Positions 30,226 through 39,572 of a DNA stretch of 64,000 bases are shown here, piece by piece (the first letter of the stretch is position 1; each line of letters begins with the position of its first letter). Both the position numbers and the translations under genes were made by a program. Location of the stretch: the NCBI GenBank assembly GCA_900548725.1, contig URLV01000004.1, positions 162 through 64,161 of the forward strand, given 5' to 3'. This DNA comes from an uncultured Mycoplasmatota bacterium. Lineage in GTDB: Bacteria; Bacillota_I; Bacilli_A; RF39; UBA660. The notes under the pieces are model-generated. The model saw nothing but the letters and a program-made list of their open reading frames with translations, searched no databases and was not told the origin of the DNA.

Positions 30226-32550
30226 TCATATCGCAACTTTATTAACAGTTGGAGTAAGTTCAAATCTCGCATAGTATAAATGCTGATTACCAGTACGAAG
30301 ATTATTATACTTTATAAAATATATGCCATAATTTATATTATTACTTTTCGTTATAAACAGCTTTCCATTTAGTAATTGACTGTCTAAAGAAAAACTATAT
30401 CTACCGCAATTACCACACCCAGTCTTTTTCTCCATATAACCTATATTACCAACTAAAAAAGAAATTTTATCAGACAAATTATCACTTATATCAAATTTAT
30501 ATGAATCAAAATTATATTCATCGAATGTTTGTGAATTATTTCCACAACTTGAAGAATAATCAGAAGAAGTTTTATAATTACAATTCTTATCATTTATTGT
30601 ACATTTATAAAAATAATATTTAGTCTTAGTTCCATTTTTTTTGGAAATTGTTCTTTCAAGAATAACTTTATTATAACTAAAAACATTATTAGTATGTTCA
30701 AAACAAGTGTCATACCAATATTCATTATAATCCCCAATTTTCTTATCAATTTCACTCGTAGATACAGAAGAATCACTATTAATACTCACTTTATATAAGA
30801 ATCTGTTTTTAGTATAAGAACCAATAACAGCTTTAGAAAAAACAAAATAATTATTAGTTACGATATAAGGTTGAGACTCACTTCGATATGAGTTACTTTC
30901 CCCATCAAAATAATCAGAAACAGATGATAGATTAAAAGAATAATTAGTTGCATATCTTTTTAAAAAATTATTATTATAAGTAAAATCAACATATAATGTA
31001 AACATATTATATTTATTGTCCTCTTCCATATGTTTATATAAATCTAATCCATTATTTCCCGCATAAAGTATTTTCTTTAAAACATCAACTAAATCAAATT
31101 CAAAAAATAATGTATTATTTTCTTCTTTTTTTATTATAGCATTAAAATAATTATTTAATCTAGCTTCATAACTATAATAATTATAATCTTTTAAAGATAA
31201 AGATATATTCAACCAATCTTTATAGTTGCTATAGTTCTTTACAGTTACACTAAATTTAGAGAAGCTGTTCTCAATAGGTTTTATTATTATGTCATCTTCA
31301 TCAATAGATTTAATTTCTTCATTTATAAAAATTTTTCTATTTTTAGCATTATCATATGCAATAACATATTTTTCTTTACACTCATATATACCATTATTGC
31401 CAGTGTTAGTTATATCACCTTCATCTCTTGAATTTTTAGAACAATATACTTTTGAAAGACCTGATTTATCATCTGTTATTTTATATTGAATTTCACTATT
31501 ATCAGAATTAATCTTTTCAATAACAGGCAAAACATTATCAACTTTTATTGTTTTATTGTTTGAACTATTACTAGAAATCAATGTATTTTCTAAAGATTTT
31601 GCTTCAAATACATAATCATATTTATATTCACCACTTTCATTAAAAAAGTAAGAAGTAGTTTTTTCATCTTTATTAATATTATTAGTTGGGTTTGAATCTT
31701 CAAATATACTTAAGTTTGATTCTTTTATTCCATTTAAATATGCCTCATCATCAGCAACACCAACAATATCAATCCTCACATTTTTATACCATTTATCAAA
31801 ATCAGTATCAGTAATTACTTTTTCAGTGTTATCACTTATACCGTATACACGTAGTATTGGAGCAGTATATATAAATAAATTCTTAGTTAAAGATTCATCC
31901 TGATATTTTATTTGTTGAGATAACATTTTATTTTTTAGAGTTTCAATATTAACATTATCAACATTGTCTTTAATGCTACCATTATCTATATATAAGTATC
32001 CACAAGTAAAAACACCTTTATCACACTCAATATTTAAACGATTAAAATCATTATCATAAAAATATACTTTATCAAAAAAATTTCTTTCCAAATAATCAAT
32101 ATTTTTTTGATTATCCTTTAAGTCATTATCATAAATATATTTAGTTGTAGAATAATTCAACGGAGAACCATTTAAAGGATAATATAATGTTACCACATCA
32201 TTATCTTCATTTCTGTTAGACAATAAAATTTTCTTATAATCACTTTCACCATCACTTAATTCTGATATGTCTATTCCATCAACTAACAATTCATTCTCTA
32301 GCAATCCAAGATTACGTAATTGTTCTACCGACAAAACTAAATACCCTCCATTTTTAATCAAATCTTGTTTTAAGTTTTCATTAGAACTATAATAAACATC
32401 AGCACTATTTACAACTTTTTTCACATTTTTATCATATTCACTATCTTTTTTATTTACTAAAGCTACTATAGATATTGTTGTAATAACACTTATTATAACC
32501 AAACATACAATTATTTCTATTAAAGTAAATCCCTTTTTACTTTTTTTCAT
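30226..32550 (-). CDS. 774-aa protein with prepilin-type N-terminal cleavage/methylation signal
   Basis: MKKSKKG/FTLIEIIVCLVIISVI class III signal, then about 740 aa of N/S/Y-rich extracellular sequence with a Cys cluster near the C-terminus. ATGA overlap with the upstream GDPD gene. Confidence 0.8.
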   Translation of the reverse strand: MKKSKKGFTLIEIIVCLVIISVITTISIVALVNKKDSEYDKNVKKVVNSADVYYSSNENLKQDLIKNGGYLVLSVEQLRNLGLLENELLVDGIDISELSDGESDYKKILLSNRNEDNDVVTLYYPLNGSPLNYSTTKYIYDNDLKDNQKNIDYLERNFFDKVYFYDNDFNRLNIECDKGVFTCGYLYIDNGSIKDNVDNVNIETLKNKMLSQQIKYQDESLTKNLFIYTAPILRVYGISDNTEKVITDTDFDKWYKNVRIDIVGVADDEAYLNGIKESNLSIFEDSNPTNNINKDEKTTSYFFNESGEYKYDYVFEAKSLENTLISSNSSNNKTIKVDNVLPVIEKINSDNSEIQYKITDDKSGLSKVYCSKNSRDEGDITNTGNNGIYECKEKYVIAYDNAKNRKIFINEEIKSIDEDDIIIKPIENSFSKFSVTVKNYSNYKDWLNISLSLKDYNYYSYEARLNNYFNAIIKKEENNTLFFEFDLVDVLKKILYAGNNGLDLYKHMEEDNKYNMFTLYVDFTYNNNFLKRYATNYSFNLSSVSDYFDGESNSYRSESQPYIVTNNYFVFSKAVIGSYTKNRFLYKVSINSDSSVSTSEIDKKIGDYNEYWYDTCFEHTNNVFSYNKVILERTISKKNGTKTKYYFYKCTINDKNCNYKTSSDYSSSCGNNSQTFDEYNFDSYKFDISDNLSDKISFLVGNIGYMEKKTGCGNCGRYSFSLDSQLLNGKLFITKSNNINYGIYFIKYNNLRTGNQHLYYARFELTPTVNKVAI

Positions 32551-33212
32551 TTAAATATCTCCTCTACATTATCAATTATTAAATTATTATATATTTTAAT
32601 AAAATACTCTGCATCCTTTCTATTATCAATCACACTAGCTATAACATAATATTTATCTTTTAAAACATTAACCTCTCTCTTATCTAACAAATTATATTTT
32701 ATATTCAAAACATCTACATCATAATTCTTACTTAAACACCTAAGATTACTATCATCTATTATTAACCCAACATTATATTTCTTTTTTTTATAATGTTTAA
32801 TAATTTCATAACTATCACTCAATATAACAAACATTCCTTTATATTTATCTAATATATTAATTAATTTATTTCTAAATACTTTATCATCATAATATATATT
32901 TATCAAAATAGGTACTTTACCATTTACACTATTTAAAACATCAACTAATTTAGGAATATTATAATTACTAATATAATCTAATTCTTCTTTACTTAATGTA
33001 TTAATATCATCTTTTAATTTTAAAAATCTAGTACCATCTTTATCACTAAATACTATAATTTCATCATTAGTACACCTAACATCTATACTAACACTTAAGT
33101 TATTTTTAACAGCATACATAATAGCATCTAAACTATTTTCATATATAGTTATATTATTATATATACCCCTATGGGCAATAATAGATTTATTTAAAAATTC
33201 ACATTTTCCCAT
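32547..33212 (-). CDS. glycerophosphodiester phosphodiesterase family protein
   Basis: IAHRGIYNN..ENSLDAI N-terminal GDPD motif. Confidence 0.7.
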   Translation of the reverse strand: MGKCEFLNKSIIAHRGIYNNITIYENSLDAIMYAVKNNLSVSIDVRCTNDEIIVFSDKDGTRFLKLKDDINTLSKEELDYISNYNIPKLVDVLNSVNGKVPILINIYYDDKVFRNKLINILDKYKGMFVILSDSYEIIKHYKKKKYNVGLIIDDSNLRCLSKNYDVDVLNIKYNLLDKREVNVLKDKYYVIASVIDNRKDAEYFIKIYNNLIIDNVEEIFK

Positions 33213-33344
33213 ACTATCACCTTACTAAGAAAATTTTATCATATTATATAATAAATTAAAAGGTTTTAAAAATATTTTTTTATATATTCTAAGATAGACT
33301 TTTTATAATAAATTTGATACAATTTCTTTAGGAGTTGAAATTAT

Positions 33345-34451
33345 ATGAACGAAAAATTAAAAAAAATTATTTATATAGTATTAGGAGCTTTTATTTTATT
33401 ATTTTTAATTTTATTCTTAGTATCATCTTGTTCTAATAAAAAAGATTCTTTAGATATTATAGAATCTAATATTACAACAAATACTAAAAACTATTATAAA
33501 AATCATAAAGATGAGTTACCAAAGGAAAATACAGTTTTATCTTTATCTTTACAGTCTTTAATTGACAAAGGAATTATAAAGGAATTCAAAAAAAACATAT
33601 CTTGTACAGGAACAATGTATATAGAAAATAATAATGATTATTATATGTATTCTCCATCTATAGAATGTAAATCAGATGAAAAAGAATTCAGTACATCTAA
33701 TTTGAAAGAAACTTTATTAGAAAAAACTGTAACTAGTGGGAATGGATTATATAATATTAATGGTTCTTATTATTTTAGAGGAGATAAGGTAGATAATTAT
33801 ATTATATTTGATGGTAAATTATGGAGAATTATTAAAATCAATTCAGATAATTCAATTAGATTGATTGAAGCTGGAAGAAGAGATTCAATAATTTGGGATG
33901 ATAGATATAATAGTAACACAAGTTCTTCAAATGGAATTAATGACTACATTCATAATGATATTTCTAGTAGAATAAAAGATAGCTTAGATGAAATATATAA
34001 TGATAAAGAAGGTACTATTATTTCAAATGACGCAAAAGGTTACATAAAAAATACATCTTTATGTATAGGAAAAAGGAGTTTGGAAGACACTTCTAAAGAT
34101 GGTAGTTCAGAATGTAGTGTGACTTTAGATAATCAATATATCGGTTTATTACAATTAAATGATTACTTAACAGCAAGTTTAGATAATAACTGTATTAATA
34201 CAACTTCAACAGCTTGTAGTAACTATAATTATTTAGCAGATTTTCCTAATTTATATTGGACATTAACAGCAAGTACAGAAAATACTACTCAAGTATATAA
34301 AATTAGTAAAGTAGTTATGGCTTCAAGTGCAAACAGTTCAGGTATGGCAAGAATGGTAATAAATATTAGTGAAAACTCAAACGTAAAAGGTACAGGTACT
34401 GAAGAGGATCCTTATAAAGTGGTAGGAACATCAACTGAAATAAAAAAGTAG
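33345..34451 (+). CDS. putative lipoprotein / pilin-associated extracellular protein
   Basis: Lipobox-like LVSSC. VDNYIIFDGKLWRIIKIN.. motif seen in pseudopilin-like Firmicute proteins. Several Cys pairs. Confidence 0.65.
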   Translation: MNEKLKKIIYIVLGAFILLFLILFLVSSCSNKKDSLDIIESNITTNTKNYYKNHKDELPKENTVLSLSLQSLIDKGIIKEFKKNISCTGTMYIENNNDYYMYSPSIECKSDEKEFSTSNLKETLLEKTVTSGNGLYNINGSYYFRGDKVDNYIIFDGKLWRIIKINSDNSIRLIEAGRRDSIIWDDRYNSNTSSSNGINDYIHNDISSRIKDSLDEIYNDKEGTIISNDAKGYIKNTSLCIGKRSLEDTSKDGSSECSVTLDNQYIGLLQLNDYLTASLDNNCINTTSTACSNYNYLADFPNLYWTLTASTENTTQVYKISKVVMASSANSSGMARMVINISENSNVKGTGTEEDPYKVVGTSTEIKK

Positions 34452-34521
34452 CATAAAAAGATATCAAATTAAAGATATTTTTTTATTTGACAACAATAAT
34501 ATATGATGTTAAAATCTTATG

Positions 34522-34602
34522 TAAGTAGAACATTTATTTATTAAATGTCCTACCTTGTTGGTTATGACATTTGTACTTTATAGTACTATGTCATTTTTAT
34601 TT
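34522..34602 (+). ncRNA. convergent antisense RNA, putative type I antitoxin (module D)
   Basis: TTGACA (34487-34492), 17 nt, TAAAAT (34510-34515). ATGACA..GTACT..AGTAC..TGTCAT hairpin (34564-34594) followed by TTTTTATTT. Overlaps the 3' end of the minus-strand peptide ORF. Confidence 0.45.
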
Positions 34603-34709
34603 ACCAAACCCCCGATATAGTTAATCTTAAAAAAAGAATATATAATTTTAATAAAAAATATAATAATTATTCTATCCAATATTTCTAAAATAAATGAATA
34701 AAACTTCAT
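34578..34709 (-). CDS. 43-aa hydrophobic peptide, putative type I toxin (module D)
   Basis: MKFYSFILEILDRIIIIFFIKIIYSFFKINYIGGLVNKNDIVL with an AAGGGAG SD. Shares L(N/D)RIIII with the module A peptide. 5' AGAACATTTA (34758-34767) is complementary to 3' TAAATGTTCT (34529-34538). Confidence 0.4.
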   Translation of the reverse strand: MKFYSFILEILDRIIIIFFIKIIYSFFKINYIGGLVNKNDIVL

Positions 34710-34837
34710 AATTATTACTCCCTTCATACTTAAATATAAAAGGCAAGACATAAACAATAAATGTTCTGATTATATATACAATACTAAAACATATAAGTAT
34801 TTCGTCGAATAAAATCACATATAAAAAAATATGTTAA

Positions 34838-35620
34838 TTAAAACATATTCATTATTGAAATAATTAACAGTAACATTACTCCAACACCAGTACAAACCAA
34901 CATTACCATCGTTTTGCTTTCCATCTTCTCTAGTCTATTCTTATATCTAGTTTCTCTTGCCTTTTGTTGTAAACTAGAAATAGATCTAGAAAATTGAAGT
35001 AATTGTTCTTGCTTTCTTTCTTGACTTCCAAGACCCAATCTATATAAAAGTCTCATCATTCTCATAGAATCTCTAACAGGATATTCCTTAGCAAAATCCA
35101 TATAAGGAGTAATACTTGAATCACCCGCATTTATCTTTTGCAACAATTCTTTTAAACCTTCTTGAAATATTTTAGGAGCATCTTCGATACTCTTACCTAT
35201 TGCAACAGGAACAGTATAGTGTTGAATTAATATTTCTAAACTTTTTAAATAATATGGAAGCATAGAATCTATCTCATGCAAATGAGCTTTATAATAATTC
35301 TTAAGTTTTATATAACTTAATTTAAACATTCCAAAACCAGCAACTATAGAAATAATAACTTTAGTATAATCTAAATTATTAATAAATAAAAATATACAAA
35401 GTACCATAACTATAGCACCATCTCTAATTCTTCCAGAAAATAATCTATCTGAGTCTATACCATCCCCATATCTAGCTTTAAGTAAAAACTCATAATCACT
35501 TTCTTTTAAAGTTTTAAAATATTCTTGATTATCTTTAACAAACTTATTCAAATTAACACTACCAGTAACTTGTAACACAATAAATATTAATACAATAATA
35601 ATAACAGCTTCTATAAACAT
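34838..35620 (-). CDS. T2SS-F family platform protein, TadC-like
   Basis: 260 aa. N-terminal TM, a cytoplasmic helical domain and C-terminal TM, in the single-domain GspF/TadC layout. Last large gene of the tad-like operon. Confidence 0.6.
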   Translation of the reverse strand: MFIEAVIIIVLIFIVLQVTGSVNLNKFVKDNQEYFKTLKESDYEFLLKARYGDGIDSDRLFSGRIRDGAIVMVLCIFLFINNLDYTKVIISIVAGFGMFKLSYIKLKNYYKAHLHEIDSMLPYYLKSLEILIQHYTVPVAIGKSIEDAPKIFQEGLKELLQKINAGDSSITPYMDFAKEYPVRDSMRMMRLLYRLGLGSQERKQEQLLQFSRSISSLQQKARETRYKNRLEKMESKTMVMLVCTGVGVMLLLIISIMNMF

Positions 35621-35622
35621 AT

Positions 35623-36519
35623 CTATTCAACCCCCGTATCTTCATTATAAAACTTAATACCCTTAAGTAAGAAGAAAGAGTTAAGTATTATTATCAAATG
35701 TAATATAATCTGAACATACCATTCTTTTAACATATTTAAATAATTTGAACCACCTAATAAAAATTGTATTAACATAACAAGTAAATATAAAGCTAAACCA
35801 AATGTTAAAAATTTAGTATAAAATGTTTTTCTATCCATTTTATCTCTATAAACACCTTCTACTAAAGCATCTATATCAAGCATCATATTTTCTAAACTTT
35901 CACCACTATCTTTAGCACCTTCATTAGTAATTTGTAAAAATAGTTGATGCATATTCTTTACCATATAATATGGATATTTTTTATTAAACCAATTAATACT
36001 TTCATCTATTGTTCCATTTTTATATGACATATCTATCATATGTTTAACATCGCTTAATACAGGTTCTTCAAGTATTCCACTTTCAACAACCCCTTCAAGT
36101 GACTTAACAAAAGATTGTGTTGTATTAAATTCCATTATTACATTTGTACAATAAGTTTGAATACATTCAAATAAATATTCACTATAAACTCTTTTATATT
36201 TCAAAACAGTTAAATATGGAATAAAAGCAGTAGCAACTAAGCCATAAATAATAGCCCAAGTCAAACTTCTAAAATATAAGAATGCTACACCACCACCACC
36301 TACTAGAAATAATACAAATTCTATAGTATATTGTTTAGCATCAAAAGTTTGTCCTAATTCTTTAGCTTTTTCTTTAACATCATCATAATTATATGGAATT
36401 ATTTTTGACATTAATTTTTTATATCCACTTTTAAAACTTCCACTTACACTATCATTTTTACCAAATCTAGTAATAAGTACAAATATAGTTATGACTATAA
36501 TTAAAATACTTTCTAACAT
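35623..36519 (-). CDS. T2SS-F family platform protein, TadB-like
   Basis: 298 aa with the same single T2SS-F-domain topology. 2-nt gap to the TadC-like gene. Confidence 0.6.
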   Translation of the reverse strand: MLESILIIVITIFVLITRFGKNDSVSGSFKSGYKKLMSKIIPYNYDDVKEKAKELGQTFDAKQYTIEFVLFLVGGGGVAFLYFRSLTWAIIYGLVATAFIPYLTVLKYKRVYSEYLFECIQTYCTNVIMEFNTTQSFVKSLEGVVESGILEEPVLSDVKHMIDMSYKNGTIDESINWFNKKYPYYMVKNMHQLFLQITNEGAKDSGESLENMMLDIDALVEGVYRDKMDRKTFYTKFLTFGLALYLLVMLIQFLLGGSNYLNMLKEWYVQIILHLIIILNSFFLLKGIKFYNEDTGVE

Positions 36520-36536
36520 TAATTATAACCACCCTT

Positions 36537-37619
36537 CTAATCTTCTTCTCCCTTATTAACACTACCTAATCTAAATGTATCATCAGGCAAAACAACACCT
36601 TGTATACTTAAATAATCAATTAAATATTTAGTAGGATTTTGTATTTGATATTTACCATTCATAAATTTTTTATAAATTATATTTTTCTTAGCATGATTTT
36701 TTTCATTAACATAAAATTCACAAACTTCAAATATTTCTCTTTGAAATCTATTTAATTCTTTACTAAAATATCCCTTAACATATACACCAATTTGTACATA
36801 TCTATGAATACTTGATAAGAATTGTTCTATATCTTGACTACTTTCCATCAAACTATACATACGCATAGGAATACTACTTGCTTTATCACTATGTATAGTA
36901 GATAAAATATTATGTCCAGATGAAATACTATTACGTACAGCCATAACAGCCTCTGCACTACGTACTTCTGATAATAATATCCATTTAGGATTCTGTCTCA
37001 TACAACTAACAAGTACATCACTATAACTAGCAATATTATTTGTTTTAACAGCAACAATATCTCTATGAGGAAATATTTTGTCTAAATGTAATTCCAATGT
37101 ATCTTCTATAGTAATAATTTTTTCATTTTCTTTAGTATAGCTTGCTAAATATTTAACCAATTCAGTTTTACCACTACCAGTTTCTCCACTTACAATAATG
37201 TTACAATGACCTTCAACGCATTTAATTAAAAAATCATGTATCTCAACTGTAGTATATCTTTCATTAATTAATTTATCTTTATTAAGTCTTATTTTAGCAG
37301 GAGTTTTACGTATAACACACGCAATACCATTAGTACTAATAGATTCATGTATAAAGTTCATACGTAACTCAGCACTTTCAGCGTCCAAGAATGGAGAAGC
37401 CATATTAAATGTCTTCCCCATTACATTAGAACATTGAAATGCCAACTTCTCCATCATTGCATTATTAATCTCGGGTCTATCAACTTGATATATTCCCTTA
37501 GTCAATGATTTAAGCCATACTTGTCCACCATTACTATATGAAATATCTGTAATATCATCAGTCTCTAAAAATTCCTTTAAAGGTCCAAAATCTAATTGAG
37601 AAAACACAGCATCATTCAT
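36537..37619 (-). CDS. TadA/CpaF/VirB11-class secretion ATPase
   Basis: GETGSGKT Walker A, ITIEDTLEL Asp box, WILLSEVRS Walker B, ILSTIHS His box, IRK motif. Confidence 0.8.
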   Translation of the reverse strand: MNDAVFSQLDFGPLKEFLETDDITDISYSNGGQVWLKSLTKGIYQVDRPEINNAMMEKLAFQCSNVMGKTFNMASPFLDAESAELRMNFIHESISTNGIACVIRKTPAKIRLNKDKLINERYTTVEIHDFLIKCVEGHCNIIVSGETGSGKTELVKYLASYTKENEKIITIEDTLELHLDKIFPHRDIVAVKTNNIASYSDVLVSCMRQNPKWILLSEVRSAEAVMAVRNSISSGHNILSTIHSDKASSIPMRMYSLMESSQDIEQFLSSIHRYVQIGVYVKGYFSKELNRFQREIFEVCEFYVNEKNHAKKNIIYKKFMNGKYQIQNPTKYLIDYLSIQGVVLPDDTFRLGSVNKGEED

Positions 37620-37629
37620 ATATTATCAC

Positions 37630-38478
37630 CTAGTTTCCACTATTATTGTTATTATTTAAATCATTCATAGTTGTAGAAACATCAATTTCATCACTTAATT
37701 CAGATACTTTTGCAAGTATAAAATCAACTAATTCTTGTTTAGAAACTTGAGTACCATTTTCAGTATCTCCTTCATTTCTATATTGAGCATTTCTAGGTAC
37801 TGGAACTATTTCTATTCCACCAACAAAACTTGCTTCACTTAATAACATAAATAAGTTATCTTTAACAGCAAACAATAATTCACCACTACTTCTCTGTGTT
37901 TGACTATCGGCAAATACATCATTACCACTCGAATCTCTTACAGATAATACTTTAATACTTTCAATAAACTTACCAAAAATAACTTTACCATTATCATCAG
38001 TAGCTTTTAAATATAAATCTATAAAATTACCAGGCATAATTGAATTACCATAAGTACTATGACTATTAACACTTAAGCTAAATATAGTAGCTCCTTCATC
38101 AATATCATCAAAAGCAGTATCAGGTATTTTATCTTTTTCTACTAATTGAGATTTATAAAATAATCCACCTTCAGGTATAACAGTATCATAATTTACATAC
38201 CATTCTTTTGACATAATATATTGTTTACTAGTAACTAAATCTTGTGTTTGTTCAACAAATGCACCACTAACTTTTATAGTACCAACATTTTCAGCCTCAA
38301 CTTTACTCTTTGGTTCCATACGTTTTAGTGCATAAGGTACATTAACTGGTTGAACAGCTTGTTTTACTCTATAATTATAACCTACCAAAAGTACAGCAAC
38401 GCCAGCCAAAACACATAATACAGTTACAGTATTTTTGTTTCCTAAAAATCTTTTTAATTTTAACATTATATTTCCCAT
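37630..38478 (-). CDS. CpaB/RcpC-like pilus assembly protein
   Basis: N-terminal TM, SAF-like domain, SIMPGNFIDLYL and IKVLSV / LLFAV..L..A blocks typical of CpaB. GGAGG SD. Confidence 0.65.
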   Translation of the reverse strand: MGNIMLKLKRFLGNKNTVTVLCVLAGVAVLLVGYNYRVKQAVQPVNVPYALKRMEPKSKVEAENVGTIKVSGAFVEQTQDLVTSKQYIMSKEWYVNYDTVIPEGGLFYKSQLVEKDKIPDTAFDDIDEGATIFSLSVNSHSTYGNSIMPGNFIDLYLKATDDNGKVIFGKFIESIKVLSVRDSSGNDVFADSQTQRSSGELLFAVKDNLFMLLSEASFVGGIEIVPVPRNAQYRNEGDTENGTQVSKQELVDFILAKVSELSDEIDVSTTMNDLNNNNNSGN

Positions 38479-38531
38479 CTTATTCCTCCTATATTATATA
38501 CCATAATAATACTATATTTTAATAAACTTTT

Positions 38532-39572
38532 CTAGTCATAATCGTAATAAAAATCAATTTTATACTTAATACCTATCATACATGTATTATAGTAAGGAGT
38601 TTTTTCACAATTATCCCCACTACAACTATCTAAATATTCACTAGGAGTATTTAAATAATTAGACACGCTAGCTTTCTTTCTAAAAGGTTTAACTCCATGA
38701 TTTTCATTAAAACGTTCAACACCATCGCAACTATAATCTAATCCATATGCTAAATATTTTTTACCATTATCACCATCTACAACTGATATTCTTACATTTT
38801 CTACTTTAGCAAAAAAATCTCCATAATTACTAACACCATTTATTTTATTAATAGAACCAGTATTAACAGTATAATCATAAGTATCATTAAAATTAGTAAT
38901 ATAGTTTTCATGATCTTGTTGAGTACTCATAGTGTTTAAAAATTTAACATCCAATATTTTAATTTTATTTTTATCAAAACTTAAACCTTGCGCCTCTATC
39001 TTTTTTCTTATTTTTTTTACAACTTTAGAGTTATCTGAAAAGTTTAAAGGTACCTTATTAGTTACGGCACAATAACCAATATTGTCTTCTTTTCTATATT
39101 GATCCTCAACACTACAATCACCATAAGGTACTGAATAAAATATAAAATCGTTATCATCAGCAAAAACATTATTATTAGATTCAAGTATCGCATCATATGA
39201 ATTTACTACATCTATATTAGTAGCATCACCCGCTATATTAAAATCTCCAGTATTAGTAGTAACTCTAATACTTACACTAGGTGGATTTTCATAAACTGAA
39301 TAAAAATCTAACTTATATGTATTAGTCTTAGATACAGTTTCTGCAAATCTTCTAATAAATACCTCAACAAATTTTTCTGTGTTTATTCTTACTTCACCAT
39401 ATTTTTTATAGTAACTCCAATCTATAGAATCATGCATTGATCCATTAGTTACTTCTTTTAATAAATAATAATCTTGTTGATTAGTTGTTACCATATTAGA
39501 CATTAATATCATAACAGTACTAACCATTATTCCAAGTAAAATTAAATAATATCCCCACATCGACTCTTTCAT
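38532..39572 (-). CDS. N-terminally anchored extracellular protein, unknown family (346 aa)
   Basis: TM at residues about 7-28. No prepilin G/FxxxE site. 8 Cys in the C-terminal half. ATGA overlap with the upstream gene. Confidence 0.7.
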   Translation of the reverse strand: MKESMWGYYLILLGIMVSTVMILMSNMVTTNQQDYYLLKEVTNGSMHDSIDWSYYKKYGEVRINTEKFVEVFIRRFAETVSKTNTYKLDFYSVYENPPSVSIRVTTNTGDFNIAGDATNIDVVNSYDAILESNNNVFADDNDFIFYSVPYGDCSVEDQYRKEDNIGYCAVTNKVPLNFSDNSKVVKKIRKKIEAQGLSFDKNKIKILDVKFLNTMSTQQDHENYITNFNDTYDYTVNTGSINKINGVSNYGDFFAKVENVRISVVDGDNGKKYLAYGLDYSCDGVERFNENHGVKPFRKKASVSNYLNTPSEYLDSCSGDNCEKTPYYNTCMIGIKYKIDFYYDYD

